A stretch of 64,000 nt of DNA from an uncultured Nitrospiraceae bacterium (GCA_963727805.1 CAVSHF010000005.1:1056001-1120000), one strand, 5' to 3'. Positions 1-10,523 are shown, counted from the stretch's first letter. The notes: generated by a model from the letters alone, not told the origin. A program made the numbers and translations.

Positions 1-707
1 ACCGGCTTCAGGACGCCATCGATGCGGTATCGGACCCTAAGTATTTCCTCGCTCGGCTCAATATGAATATCGCTGGCATGATATTTAACGGCATTTATGA
101 TTATCCCTTTGAGCATCTTTTCGACGGGGACCGTCATCTCTTTCTGTTCCTGGTCTTTTGGCGCCTCCGCAACCGATATCTCCTCAAGACTTAAGTCGAG
201 ACTCCGGTTTACTTCCTCTAGCTTTACCGTCTCATGTCTGTTGTTATTTTTCGGTTCGGAAAGGCTTTTGGCCTTTTCACTCTCAGAATAATGTTTCTCT
301 ATTGCATCCATTATCAACGACTCCATCGCTACATAAATGGAGATATTCATGCCGGTCATGAATTTGATGTCCTCAATCGCAAAATTGTTGGAAGGGTCGG
401 CAATGGCAACCCTGAGGTTTCCGCCCACTAGGGCCAGGGGGACAAGATGATACCGCTTCGCAATTTCATACGGGACGTATTTCAGCACCTCAGGATCAAA
501 CTTGAAGTCTGAAAGATTTATCGGCGGGACATTGTACTGCCTGCTCAGGAAGGTGATCAGGCTTTCCTCATTAATGGCATCAAGCTTAATCAGCGCTGAG
601 CCAAGCCTTTTCCCTTCGGTCTTCTGAAGCTGGAGGGCCGCTTCAAGCTGCTTTTCGTTAATCAGTCTGGATTTTACCAGGAGTTGACCGAGTAATATCT
701 TGTCCAC
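1..707 (-). CDS. pilB: Type IV pilus/T2SS assembly ATPase (PilB/GspE family), N-terminal part with MshEN-like domain; runs off the left edge
   Basis: Manual translation from GTG at 707 gives MDKILLGQLLVKSRLINEKQLEAALQLQKTEGKRLGSALIKL...ASDIHIEPSEEILRVRYRIDG. This has MshEN-like LG..L repeats and the SDIHIEP/RYRIDG PilB motifs. Not in the ORF track because the stop lies outside the window. Confidence 0.85.
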   Translation of the reverse strand, partial: MDKILLGQLLVKSRLINEKQLEAALQLQKTEGKRLGSALIKLDAINEESLITFLSRQYNVPPINLSDFKFDPEVLKYVPYEIAKRYHLVPLALVGGNLRVAIADPSNNFAIEDIKFMTGMNISIYVAMESLIMDAIEKHYSESEKAKSLSEPKNNNRHETVKLEEVNRSLDLSLEEISVAEAPKDQEQKEMTVPVEKMLKGIIINAVKYHASDIHIEPSEEILRVRYRIDGVLKP

Positions 708-826
708 ACTCTAAAGTTTACGGCAAATCGCATATTTTTGGAAGGTTTTTTTTCAATTTCTGGATAGAACGGGTGGAAAACGGTTAGAATTAACTTTCAC
801 CGAATTTACAGAATAGGGGAAAATAG

Positions 827-2221
827 ATGATCGATACCCACTGCCATCTCGAAATGAAACAATTTGAAGGTGATATCGACACAGTCATAGCAAGTGCAAA
901 GGATGCTGGAATCGAGGCGCTCATCTCCATCGGTTCCGATTTAGAAGGCTGCAAAGGAGCTGTAGACCTCTCAAAAAAACATGACATGGTTTATGCTGCA
1001 GTCGGCATCCATCCCCATGATGCAAAAGATTTCTCGGATGAGATCGCCACCCTGATCCGTTCATGGATAACAGCGAGCAAGGAGCAGGGGATCGCATGCA
1101 AGGGCGAAGATATCCCCAAGATTGTTGCTATAGGCGAAATTGGCCTCGACTATTATTATGACCACTCTCCCCGCGAGGTCCAGCGTGAAGTCTTCGCCAA
1201 GCAGTTGGTATTTGCAAAAGAGTTGGAATTGCCAGTCGTTGTACATAGCCGCGATGCGCAGGAAGATACGCTGCACATTCTTGAAGAATGCGGCGTCATT
1301 AAAGGCGTTATGCACTGTTTTTCTGGCGATAAGGAAATGGCAAAACGTGCAATGGCTCTTGGTTTGCACATCTCTTTCGCTGGGCCGGTTACTTTCAAGA
1401 AAGCTCTATCCCTTAAAGAGGTCGCAAGGTTTGTTCCGGATGACCTGCTCCTGATAGAGACCGATGCTCCGTATCTTGCCCCGGAACCTTTGCGGGGCAA
1501 ACGAAATGAGCCGGCATTCATGGTCTATACAGCCCAGCATATAGCCGCATTGCGGGGAATAACTATCGAGGACGTCGACCGGATGACCACGCTGAATGCT
1601 AAGCGCCTTTTCGGAATCGGCACGCCGGATGCGGGACGGATCGCTTACAAAATACGCGACAGCCTCTATCTCAATATCACTAACAGATGCACGAACCAAT
1701 GCTCCTTTTGCATACGGTACCATTCCGACTTCGTTAAGGGGCATAACCTGAGACTCGAAAGCGAGCCGACCGAAAGAGAGCTGATAGAGTCGATCGGCGA
1801 TCCGTCAATATATAGAGAAATCGTATTCTGCGGATACGGCGAGCCCACTCTCAGGCTCGATGCCATCAAATCAGTTTCCACATGGATCAAGAAACGGGGC
1901 GGGGTTGTGAGGATCAACACAAATGGTCAGGGCAATCTCATCAATAAGAGGAATATCCTTCCCGAATTGAAAGGGATCGTAGATATTGCATCGGTAAGCC
2001 TCAACACTCAGGACGCAGAGTCATACAATAGAATCTGCAGACCGGTTTTTAAAAATGCCTTCGCTGAAATTGTAGACTTCATCCGTAACGCAAAGACATA
2101 TATTGCCGATGTACAGGCTACAGTTGTTGAGATGGAAGGTGTGGATATCGAGAAGTGCAGGCGGCTTACCGACGAACTTGGGGTGAAGTTACGGGTTAGA
2201 AAACTGGATGTGGTCGGTTAA
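827..2221 (+). CDS. tatD: TatD family hydrolase fused to a C-terminal radical SAM domain
   Basis: IDTHCH, GIHPH, GEIGLDY and ETDAPY TatD motifs; C-terminal CTNQCSFC (CxxxCxxC) and FCGYGEP. Confidence 0.92.
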   Translation: MIDTHCHLEMKQFEGDIDTVIASAKDAGIEALISIGSDLEGCKGAVDLSKKHDMVYAAVGIHPHDAKDFSDEIATLIRSWITASKEQGIACKGEDIPKIVAIGEIGLDYYYDHSPREVQREVFAKQLVFAKELELPVVVHSRDAQEDTLHILEECGVIKGVMHCFSGDKEMAKRAMALGLHISFAGPVTFKKALSLKEVARFVPDDLLLIETDAPYLAPEPLRGKRNEPAFMVYTAQHIAALRGITIEDVDRMTTLNAKRLFGIGTPDAGRIAYKIRDSLYLNITNRCTNQCSFCIRYHSDFVKGHNLRLESEPTERELIESIGDPSIYREIVFCGYGEPTLRLDAIKSVSTWIKKRGGVVRINTNGQGNLINKRNILPELKGIVDIASVSLNTQDAESYNRICRPVFKNAFAEIVDFIRNAKTYIADVQATVVEMEGVDIEKCRRLTDELGVKLRVRKLDVVG

Positions 2222-2580
2222 GATACGAAGTAATAAACGGAATCTTAATCAATACTTGATAAAATGATAGCTTTCCACCTACCCACGTAAGTAAGTTCTG
2301 CTGATGTGCCCGCCCGAAATTATCAACTCAGTTTGCGAACATGATCAGGAAATGTTAAAAATAAAAACGTTTATGAAAATACTACTTATACCTGCTTATA
2401 CTCAGGTATTGACAAGCAAAATCAATGAAGATTTCCGATAAAACTTCATTATTGCAATTAAATAGCTCACACGCTTCACCAATTAACTTGCGGGAATGCA
2501 AGCCACGCTTTTAGCAGTCAGGGGAAGCGCCTAGTTGTAAGAGACGTTGATTCATCACAAGAAGAAAATAGTCAATACTA

Positions 2581-2856
2581 TCACATTCCGACAGAGAACA
2601 TCGCATCAAGGTCATGCCGTGAAAACGCTTTAAACGCGAGCATGGTGTCGGTTTTTAAAATGGATTCGACACTTAACAATTTATTGGTAATGAGATTTGC
2701 AAGATCATCATTCGTAGGGATACGAACTATAGCTATTAAATCATAATTGCCGGTTACAGAATAAACTTCCGATATCCCTTCCATTTTTGCTAGTTGTTCT
2801 GCGACTTCGTTAATTTTTGTTCTTACTGTATTTATCAGGACGATTGCGGTTACCAT
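2581..2856 (-). CDS. Lrp/AsnC ligand-binding (RAM) domain protein
   Basis: GISEVYSVTGNYDLIAIV motif; 91 aa; no HTH. Confidence 0.85.
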   Translation of the reverse strand: MVTAIVLINTVRTKINEVAEQLAKMEGISEVYSVTGNYDLIAIVRIPTNDDLANLITNKLLSVESILKTDTMLAFKAFSRHDLDAMFSVGM

Positions 2857-3296
2857 TCAGACTCCTTTTCCATATTTCGACGTACTTGCAGTTTAATTCT
2901 CAACTGTGTTTACAATATCAGAAATACATGAAATTGCAAATTATTTTATGTAGGTTCAGGAGTATTAATAGACAAAAAGAGCAAAAAAGCTACCAAAAGA
3001 ACCCGATAAATTCTCTCTTTGTCTCATCCGTAAATCCCATTTTTTAACCGCAATCTCTTCTTCTTTTTCATAAGACCACAGAAGTCCATTTGACCTTTCT
3101 GATAAACATGTCGATGAGGATGTCAAGAATTCCAGAAAAAACTTATGCGCGACTTATTGACCTGTGATCAAGGTTATAGGCAGTACCTCATGAGAACGGA
3201 GTCAATATTCAGAGAACACGGCACCATTTTTAGATAATCGGTAATTGTGATACCAGGAAAGGCCATCTTGGATTAGAGCTCAGTTGATAAAGTTAT

Positions 3297-4544
3297 TTAC
3301 TGCATAAAAAGGGATGTTATCTCCGAAGCGGCGACCTCACCCTGTTCCTTCTTCAACAGATTCTTCCACTGCACCTTGCCTGCCTTGAGTTCGTTCTCGC
3401 CGATGATGAGCGCGAACATTGCACCAAGGCGATCCGCATGCCTTAACTGGCTCTTTAGCGATGTACTGCCGTAGCTTTGCTCTGCCCATATCCCTTGAGC
3501 TCTCAGAGACTCGGTGATCCTGAATCCTTCGATATCGGCCTCCTTCCCGAGAGTTGCAATAAAAACCTTTGGAACAGGGATTGCGATCCCCCTCTTTTCT
3601 TTCAGGAGCGTCACAAGCCGTTCCATGCCGATTGCAAACCCGATTGCTGGGGTTGCAGGTCCGCCGAATTCCTCGACGAGGCGATCGTATCTTCCGCCTG
3701 CTGCAACAGCTTTTTGGGCGCCGAGATGTTCACTCGTTACTTCAAAAGTCGTCTTCGTATAATAGTCGAGGCCGCGAACGAGATGCGGATTCAGCGTATA
3801 TGGCACCTTGAAGACATTGAGAATTGACAACACTTCTTCAAAGTGCTCGCGGCATTCATCGCAAAGATAATCCGTCACAACCGGCGCGCCCTGTTTGAGC
3901 TCGCCGCAGCGAGATACTTTGCAGTCAAGGATTCGAAGCGGGTTTGTTTCGTACCGTCGTTGGCAGTCAGGACAATACTCGGCAAGCTTGCCGCCGAAGA
4001 AATCAAGCAGCGCCTGACGGTAGGCAGGTCTGCACTCAGCGCAGCCTATTGAATTGATCTCGAAGTTCAGATCGCTCAGCCCAATCTGTTCAAGCAGATT
4101 CTTCAGCATTATAATCAGCTCCGCATCCATCTGGGGACGGCCAATGCCAAAGGCCTCGGCCCCTATCTGATAGAACTGGCGAAAACGGCCTTTCTGTGGA
4201 CGCTCATACCGGAACATCGGACCGGAGTACCAGAACTTTTGAGGGGAGGAGAGCGTATGCAGCCCTTTCTCGACAAAGCACCGAACAACCGGAGCCGTCC
4301 CTTCCGGCCGCATCGTCACGCTGCGATTGCCTTTGTCGGTAAAAGTATACATCTCCTTTTCGACAATGTCCGTTGCTTCACCGATACCCCGGATAAAGAT
4401 GTCTGTAGATTCAAGAACCGGAACCCTGATTTCACGAAAACCGTATCGCCCGAAAATATCGCGAGCCGTGGATTCGACCGCCTGCCATATTGAAATGTCC
4501 GGCGGCAGGATGTCCTCCATGCCCTTGAGTCCACTATATTTCAT
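3297..4544 (-). CDS. hisS: Histidine--tRNA ligase
   Basis: RPEGTA, FRYERPQKGRFRQFYQ, LVRGLDYY and GGRYD motifs. Confidence 0.98.
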   Translation of the reverse strand: MKYSGLKGMEDILPPDISIWQAVESTARDIFGRYGFREIRVPVLESTDIFIRGIGEATDIVEKEMYTFTDKGNRSVTMRPEGTAPVVRCFVEKGLHTLSSPQKFWYSGPMFRYERPQKGRFRQFYQIGAEAFGIGRPQMDAELIIMLKNLLEQIGLSDLNFEINSIGCAECRPAYRQALLDFFGGKLAEYCPDCQRRYETNPLRILDCKVSRCGELKQGAPVVTDYLCDECREHFEEVLSILNVFKVPYTLNPHLVRGLDYYTKTTFEVTSEHLGAQKAVAAGGRYDRLVEEFGGPATPAIGFAIGMERLVTLLKEKRGIAIPVPKVFIATLGKEADIEGFRITESLRAQGIWAEQSYGSTSLKSQLRHADRLGAMFALIIGENELKAGKVQWKNLLKKEQGEVAASEITSLFMQ

Positions 4545-5002
4545 TCGGCCTCTTCCCTCTCCTTGTCGAACTCGATCATTTTCATGTGGCTTTCGATCAG
4601 CCTCTTGACCTCCTCCTTAAAGTGGCGACGAATGCCCTTCAACTCTACGATGTCCTCATGGATCTTCACAGCCTTCTCCTGCGCAGCCTTGAGGATATCG
4701 TCTCCCTGCGACTCGGCCTCTCTTATGATGAGTTCGGACTCCTTACGGGCGTTGGCCTTATATTCATCGACCATCTGTTGGGTAGTGATGAGTGTCTCAC
4801 GGAGGGTGGCATTCATATTGTTGTATTCCTGGAGCTGTGAATCCGCCCTGCTCAAAGATTCTTTTAGAGACGCGTTTTCCCTGAGAAGTTCCTCCATTTC
4901 CTCGCGGATCAACTCAAGAAAGGAATAAACCTCGTCGACATCGAATCCCCTGAACTTCATAGGGAACTGCTTTTGTTGGATATCAAGCGGTGTGATTCTC
5001 AT
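4541..5002 (-). CDS. divIVA: DivIVA domain protein
   Basis: ITPLDIQQKQF..KFRGFDVDEV N-terminus followed by coiled coil. Confidence 0.92.
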   Translation of the reverse strand: MRITPLDIQQKQFPMKFRGFDVDEVYSFLELIREEMEELLRENASLKESLSRADSQLQEYNNMNATLRETLITTQQMVDEYKANARKESELIIREAESQGDDILKAAQEKAVKIHEDIVELKGIRRHFKEEVKRLIESHMKMIEFDKEREEAE

Positions 5003-5015
5003 TTTGCAACCCCCT

Positions 5016-5315
5016 TCATTTTAGCTTGTAGCCAATATCTATAAGAGACATTATCAGGAATCTCTGGATAAATGTGATAGCAAGTATCACAACAAGCGGC
5101 GATATATCAATCGGTCCCAGCCTGTTACCGATGAGTCTCCTTATCGGCCTGAGGACTGGTTCCGTTAATCGGTAAAGCAATCTCACTATGGGATTGTAGG
5201 GATCGGGATTCACCCAGCTTAAAAGGGCTGAAATGATGATGATCCAAAAATAGATGTCAAGCAGGACATTTAATATCTGTGCAATGGATATGATAAGATT
5301 GCCGAAGACGAACAT
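5016..5315 (-). CDS. yggT: YggT family membrane protein
   Basis: LSWVNPDPYNPIV..LTEPVL.PIRR and IDISP motifs. Confidence 0.93.
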   Translation of the reverse strand: MFVFGNLIISIAQILNVLLDIYFWIIIISALLSWVNPDPYNPIVRLLYRLTEPVLRPIRRLIGNRLGPIDISPLVVILAITFIQRFLIMSLIDIGYKLK

Positions 5316-5339
5316 TATACCTCCTTTTGGTCCATTTTA

Positions 5340-6125
5340 TCAGGCCGACGCCAGTTCAGCGGCCCTCTTCTTCGCAGCTTCAAGAGCCTGCGTCACAAGT
5401 ACTGCTAACCCCTTTTCCTCAAAGACTTTGACTCCCTCGGCCGTTGTGCCCCCAGGAGATGTGACCATCTTCCTCAAGTTTTCCGGGGGCATGCCGGTCT
5501 CGAGGAGTTTTGCCGTTCCGATCACGGTCTGTATGGCGAGTTCTGAGGCATTGTCTCTCGTGAGTCCCATCTTTTCGCCGCTTTCGATCATGGCTTCTGT
5601 AAAAAGCGCAACAAAACCAGGGCCGCTTCCCGAAAGGGCGGTAACGGCGTCCATATGTTTTTCAGGAAGAGTTAGCACTTTCCCGATAGAAATAAAGATG
5701 TCTCTGACCGGCGCAATGATGTTAAGGGGAAGACATGAACAAAGTGAAATGACTGACATCCCCTCCTGGACAAGCGCAGGAGTATTCGGCATTACCCGTA
5801 TGAGACGTTCGGTTTTGAGCCTCGACTGAAGAAACGCAAGGGTTATTCCCGCCGCTATAGAGACCACCGTTTTATCAGCCGTAATGACTCCCGATATTTC
5901 ATCGAGCACTACAGCCATATTCTGCGGTTTCACGGCAAGAACTATGATATCCGCCGGTCCCACCGCTTCAGTATTCGAAGCCGTTGTCAAAACGCCGTAT
6001 GTCTTGCTCAGGAAATCTCTCCGGTCTTCCCTCGGCTCCGATACGATGACCTTCTTGTTCTCGCGGGACAGTATGCCCTTGATGAGGGCCTCTGCCATAT
6101 TGCCGCCGCCGATGAATCCGATCAT
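5340..6125 (-). CDS. proC: Pyrroline-5-carboxylate reductase
   Basis: GFIGGGNMA, AVKPQ, RVMPNTP, SGSGP and VTSPGGTT. Confidence 0.97.
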   Translation of the reverse strand: MIGFIGGGNMAEALIKGILSRENKKVIVSEPREDRRDFLSKTYGVLTTASNTEAVGPADIIVLAVKPQNMAVVLDEISGVITADKTVVSIAAGITLAFLQSRLKTERLIRVMPNTPALVQEGMSVISLCSCLPLNIIAPVRDIFISIGKVLTLPEKHMDAVTALSGSGPGFVALFTEAMIESGEKMGLTRDNASELAIQTVIGTAKLLETGMPPENLRKMVTSPGGTTAEGVKVFEEKGLAVLVTQALEAAKKRAAELASA

Positions 6126-6814
6126 TTGATTCTCCTTTCCCCAAAAATTGCTGTCCCTATTCTCACAAGGGTCGCGCCCTCTTCTATAGCAACCTCAAAG
6201 TCGTCTGACATTCCCATTGAAAGCTCGGGCAGATTGAATCCCTTTTCCCCCAGTTTATCCCGCAACTCTCGCAGTCGCCTGAAGTAAGGCCTCGCATGCT
6301 CAGGATTATCGAAAAAAGGGGGAATCGTCATCATGCCCTCAAGTTTCAGATTTTTGAAGTCAGCTACTACTTCGGCCAATTGAGGCAATTCCTTCTCAGC
6401 AACCCCGCTTTTGGTCACCTCTTCGGAAAGCTTGACCTGTATCAAGACCCTCTGGACTTTTCCCATTTTTCGGGCCTCATTGTCGAGGTCGCCAGCAAGA
6501 CCTTCGGAATCAAGAGAGTGTATCAGATCAAAGAGTCGCACTGAATATTTTGCCTTATTCCCCTGAAGATGTCCTATCAGATGCCACTCAGTGCCGGACG
6601 GCGCCTGTTTCGATAAAGCCTCTATTTTTGCTTTGGCCTCCTGAACCTTATTCTCGCCGAATATTCTGAGACCTATATCGAGAGCCTGTTTTATCGCTTC
6701 GATGCCCACCGTTTTGGTAACTGCGACGAGCCTCACCTCCTCGGGCCTTCTGCCAGCCCGCATTGCGGCATGACTCATTCTTTTAAATATATCGGAGGCT
6801 TTTCCCAGCAACAT
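6122..6814 (-). CDS. yggS: YggS/PLPBP PLP homeostasis protein
   Basis: AVTK, FGENKVQE, WHLIGHLQ.NK, LSMGMSDD and VRIGTAIFG. Confidence 0.96.
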   Translation of the reverse strand: MLLGKASDIFKRMSHAAMRAGRRPEEVRLVAVTKTVGIEAIKQALDIGLRIFGENKVQEAKAKIEALSKQAPSGTEWHLIGHLQGNKAKYSVRLFDLIHSLDSEGLAGDLDNEARKMGKVQRVLIQVKLSEEVTKSGVAEKELPQLAEVVADFKNLKLEGMMTIPPFFDNPEHARPYFRRLRELRDKLGEKGFNLPELSMGMSDDFEVAIEEGATLVRIGTAIFGERRIK

Positions 6815-6954
6815 AATCCTCTATAGTAGTATCTCACCTCCACTAATTGCAAGGCTCAACTCCCGGTCCAACTCCTTGATATTCGGGACAATTGATCGCC
6901 CCGGCAGCGAATTAGTTATTATGAAAAGGCGACTTCTTTCTGATATTATAAAAT

Positions 6955-8406
6955 ATGTTCAAAAAATTCACATTCCGCTTCTCGCTGAATCTTCGTCTCA
7001 CCATGATCATGCTTTTTTTGAGTTTTATCCTTATATCGATACTCATGTTCCTCTATTCCGAGTCCGAAAAGAAGCTCTTCAATGAACTGGAGAGACAAAC
7101 ATCTGAACTAACAAAGGCGATTCAGATCGGCGTGGAAGAGGTCACTACGGGAAAGGGGAAATCAGATGAAGCTCGCCTGGCCCAATATCTCAAAAAGCTG
7201 AACACTAAGGGGGTCAAGGAGATTTCGATCATCAGCAACGCCGACGAGATAGTGGCAAGTACCAACCCACAGAGGATTGGCGAACCCATGACCCACAAGA
7301 AAAAAGAGCTTATCATTAAGGCGGAACTGGGAGAACCAGTTTCAGAAGAGGGGAGGACTTTCAACGTCATCCTGCCCGTTGTCGCCGGGGATACCCAGTA
7401 TGGGTATATCCATCTCAGGATAAACAAGGATGATTATTCGGACGTCCTGAAGTCCAATGCGATCAATAGAGTGTTGGCTACACTGTTTGTCTTCGGCGTT
7501 GGCATCGTCTTTACCCTGATACTCTCCCGGCAATATACCCGACCTATCGAGAGAGTCGTCGATGCCGCGATGCGTGTAGCTGCTGGAGACCTTACCCAAC
7601 ACATAAAGGTGAAGAACAGAGACGAAATAGGGAAGCTCTCCGAGAGCTTCAATTTCATGGTGAGCAAATTGAGGGAGGCCCGGACGCTTGAAGAGAAATT
7701 AAGAGAGGCCGAGCATCTTTCGGGCCTCGGACAGCTGTCGCGACATATGGCCCACGAGATCCGCAACCCCCTCAACTTTATCAGCCTGAGCATCGATCAT
7801 ATCGGAGCAAAATACCGACCTGGTGACAGGGAAAAGGAAGAGAAGTTCTCAAGCCTCATCAGCGGCATCAAGCAGGAGATCCTGAGACTCGACAAGCTCG
7901 TCAATGACTTCCTCGATTACAGCAGGCCACTTACACTGCATCGACGTATGGTGAATGTAAAGGAACTCCTCGACGATATCATCGATCTCATCTGGGCAAA
8001 GGCCGAGGTGGAAAAAATTAAGATCGTCAAGGACTACAATGACCCTGTCGAGCTATATCTCGATCCCGACCTTTTCAAGACCTGCGTACTTAATGTGGTG
8101 ACAAACGCATTCCATGCAATGGCCTCGAAAAATGAGGGCGGCGTCCTTGCGATAAAAACCGCTATCGACGGCAACAAGTTCATCCTTTCGATCAGTGACG
8201 AGGGTGAAGGAGTGTCCGAGGAGAACCTCTCAAAGATGTTTGAACCTTTTTTTTCGACTAAAGAAAACGGCCTCGGGCTCGGTCTGCCGATGACCAAGAG
8301 GGTAATCGAAGAACATGGCGGCACAGTCGACTTTACAAGCGTGCCAGGCAAGGGCAGCGAGATGAAATTCACCCTGCCGCTGAAAAAAAATGATGTATTA
8401 TCGTAG
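6955..8406 (+). CDS. Membrane sensor histidine kinase (2 TM, HAMP, HisKA, HATPase)
   Basis: Two hydrophobic segments; HAMP (DEIGKL..SFN.M); H-box AHEIRNPL; G-boxes DEGEG and GLGLGL. Confidence 0.95.
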   Translation: MFKKFTFRFSLNLRLTMIMLFLSFILISILMFLYSESEKKLFNELERQTSELTKAIQIGVEEVTTGKGKSDEARLAQYLKKLNTKGVKEISIISNADEIVASTNPQRIGEPMTHKKKELIIKAELGEPVSEEGRTFNVILPVVAGDTQYGYIHLRINKDDYSDVLKSNAINRVLATLFVFGVGIVFTLILSRQYTRPIERVVDAAMRVAAGDLTQHIKVKNRDEIGKLSESFNFMVSKLREARTLEEKLREAEHLSGLGQLSRHMAHEIRNPLNFISLSIDHIGAKYRPGDREKEEKFSSLISGIKQEILRLDKLVNDFLDYSRPLTLHRRMVNVKELLDDIIDLIWAKAEVEKIKIVKDYNDPVELYLDPDLFKTCVLNVVTNAFHAMASKNEGGVLAIKTAIDGNKFILSISDEGEGVSEENLSKMFEPFFSTKENGLGLGLPMTKRVIEEHGGTVDFTSVPGKGSEMKFTLPLKKNDVLS

Positions 8407-8418
8407 AAAGGATTGGCC

Positions 8419-9813
8419 ATGCCGGTTATAATTGTCATCGATGATGAACAGCGACAGAGGGGTATTTTGAAGACCATCCTTGAAGACGAAGGCTACGAAG
8501 TCCACTCAGCGCCATCGGCTGAAAAGGGACTGGAACTAATCAGCACGCTCAGTCCCGACGTCGTCCTCACCGATCTTAAGATGGGTGGAATCTCGGGGTT
8601 GCAGCTCCTGGAGGTACTCCCCGACGATGCAATAAAGCCCGCTGTGATCATAATGACGGCTTATGGCACAATCTCCTCAGCCGTCGAGGCGATGAAAAAA
8701 GGTGCTTTCGACTACCTTACCAAGCCCCTCGATAAAGACTCCATTGTCCTTACCGTACAAAAGGCCGCCGAACGGATGCAGCTCATAAGAGAGAATGTCA
8801 GGCTCAGAAATGCCCTCTATGAGAAGTTCAGCATGGAAGGAATCGTAGGCAGTTCCAAAAGAATGCAGGAGGTCCTGGAGGTAGTCAAGAAGGTGGCCCC
8901 GACATCGGTAACAGTGCTGATCTACGGCGAGAGCGGGACTGGAAAAGAGCTGATAGCGCGGGCCGTTCATTACAACAGCACAAGAAAGTCCGGACCATTC
9001 ACCCCTATCAACTGCGCTGCGATCCCGGATAATCTGATCGAAAGTGAGTTGTTCGGCTATGAACCCGGCGCTTTTACCGGCGCATCGCATCGCAAAATAG
9101 GGCTTTTTGAATTGAGTGACAAGGGGACTCTCTTTCTTGACGAAATCGGGGAACTCCCCCTGCTGACTCAGACAAAGCTTCTGCGCGTGTTGCAGGATAA
9201 AGAGATTCGGCGTCTCGGAGGGCATGACAGCGTCAAGGTCGATGTGAGGATCCTCGCTGCCACGAACAAGGACCTTGAAAAAGAAGTTTCCTCAGGGAAA
9301 TTCAGGGAAGACCTCTATTACCGGCTCAAAGTCGTCACCGTCGAGCTACCATCTCTCAAGGAACGGAAAGAAGACATCCCGATTCTAGTCAGCTTCTTCA
9401 TCAACAAATACAACCACGAATTCGGCAAGAGAGTAAAGGGCGTAAACGAAAGTGCGCTCAAGGCTTTGAAGGATTATTACTGGCCCGGAAATATTCGTCA
9501 GCTCGAATCAGTTATCGAGAGGTCTGTTCTCATGTGCGACCGCGATGTCATCTCTCTCGACGACATAAGAAGCGATCTGAAAATCCCCGGGGGTACCGGC
9601 GCGTTTGATATGGATATCCCCGACGAAGGCATCAATTTCGAGGAACTTGAGAAGATACTGATCAAGAAAGCCATGGCGAAGACGAATAATGTCGCAGCAA
9701 GGGCGGCGAGGCTTTTGGGCATGAGCTATAAGACCTTTTGGTATCGGCTCGAAAAATTCGGCATCAATACATCGTCCTCGAATGAGGACATTCCTCCTGA
9801 TATGCGAAGTTAG
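8419..9813 (+). CDS. Sigma54-dependent (NtrC-family) response regulator
   Basis: REC domain (DDE, DLKM, KP); Walker A GESGTGKE; GAFTGA; WPGNIRQL; C-terminal Fis-type HTH. Confidence 0.96.
   Translation: MPVIIVIDDEQRQRGILKTILEDEGYEVHSAPSAEKGLELISTLSPDVVLTDLKMGGISGLQLLEVLPDDAIKPAVIIMTAYGTISSAVEAMKKGAFDYLTKPLDKDSIVLTVQKAAERMQLIRENVRLRNALYEKFSMEGIVGSSKRMQEVLEVVKKVAPTSVTVLIYGESGTGKELIARAVHYNSTRKSGPFTPINCAAIPDNLIESELFGYEPGAFTGASHRKIGLFELSDKGTLFLDEIGELPLLTQTKLLRVLQDKEIRRLGGHDSVKVDVRILAATNKDLEKEVSSGKFREDLYYRLKVVTVELPSLKERKEDIPILVSFFINKYNHEFGKRVKGVNESALKALKDYYWPGNIRQLESVIERSVLMCDRDVISLDDIRSDLKIPGGTGAFDMDIPDEGINFEELEKILIKKAMAKTNNVAARAARLLGMSYKTFWYRLEKFGINTSSSNEDIPPDMRS
9774..9789. promoter_or_regulatory. 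Candidate enhancer (UAS) palindrome GTCCTC-N4-GAGGAC inside the 3' end of the response regulator gene
   Basis: Perfect 6-bp-arm palindrome ~150 bp upstream of a -24/-12 promoter. Confidence 0.4.
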
Positions 9814-9937
9814 CCGGGGCTCTTTCTACAGCCGATGCTGTAGCTGCTGTTGCTATTAGGCGTGCTAAACCTTAATTAATCAGCATGCTCTAATTTCGTA
9901 TTGTTAGCAGGTCGATTTCTTGTCCCCACTTCTTTTT

Positions 9938-9953
9938 TGGCATATAAAATGCT
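9938..9953 (+). promoter_or_regulatory. Sigma54 (-24/-12) promoter
   Basis: TGGCATATAAAATGCT has GG-N10-GC spacing; lies downstream of an NtrC-family gene and ~60 bp before a gene with a strong AGGAGG SD. Confidence 0.75.
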
Positions 9954-10013
9954 AAAATATACTACTGCCAAGAATGAAGGGATTCCAGATTGAATTAAGA
10001 GGAGGAGAATCGA

Positions 10014-10472
10014 ATGAGAAAGATTTTAGCACTGATTATCGCGCTTCTGTTCGCATTTTCACTGACTGCAGCTTTCGCAGCCGACAAAGCAGCTGATACG
10101 AAAGCAGCCCCAGTTCCTGCAAAAGAAGAGAAGAAGGACGAGACGAAGAAGGCTGCTGCGACAAAGCATCAGCTTACCGGTGAGGTAAGGGCTGTTGATG
10201 CCAAGGCCGCTACCATTACCGTCAAAGGGAAGAAGGAACTGACCTTCGCTGCTGATGAGAAAATGCTGAAGGACATCAAGGCAGGGGATAAAGTTGTCGT
10301 CACGTATGCCGAGAAGGACGGTAAAGCCACCGCAACAGCTATTAAGCCTCCAAAGGCTAAAGTAATAAAGAAGGCAGAGAAGAAGGCAGACGAGAAGAAG
10401 GTTGAACCCGCAGCAAAAGCTGCTGAGCCCGCCAAAGATGTGAAGAAGAAAAAAGGCATTGAAGGCTGCTAA
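10014..10472 (+). CDS. Secreted Lys/Ala-rich protein with small OB-fold-like core; C-terminus KKKKGIEGC
   Basis: Sec signal peptide (AFA|A); core HQLTGEVRAVDAKAATITV..IKAGDKVVVTY flanked by low-complexity K/A/E tails; strong SD. Confidence 0.85.
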   Translation: MRKILALIIALLFAFSLTAAFAADKAADTKAAPVPAKEEKKDETKKAAATKHQLTGEVRAVDAKAATITVKGKKELTFAADEKMLKDIKAGDKVVVTYAEKDGKATATAIKPPKAKVIKKAEKKADEKKVEPAAKAAEPAKDVKKKKGIEGC

Positions 10473-10523
10473 GACAGCAAGAGGAATTATAAGCCATATA
10501 TAAGTTTTTTCTACAGGGGTGTT

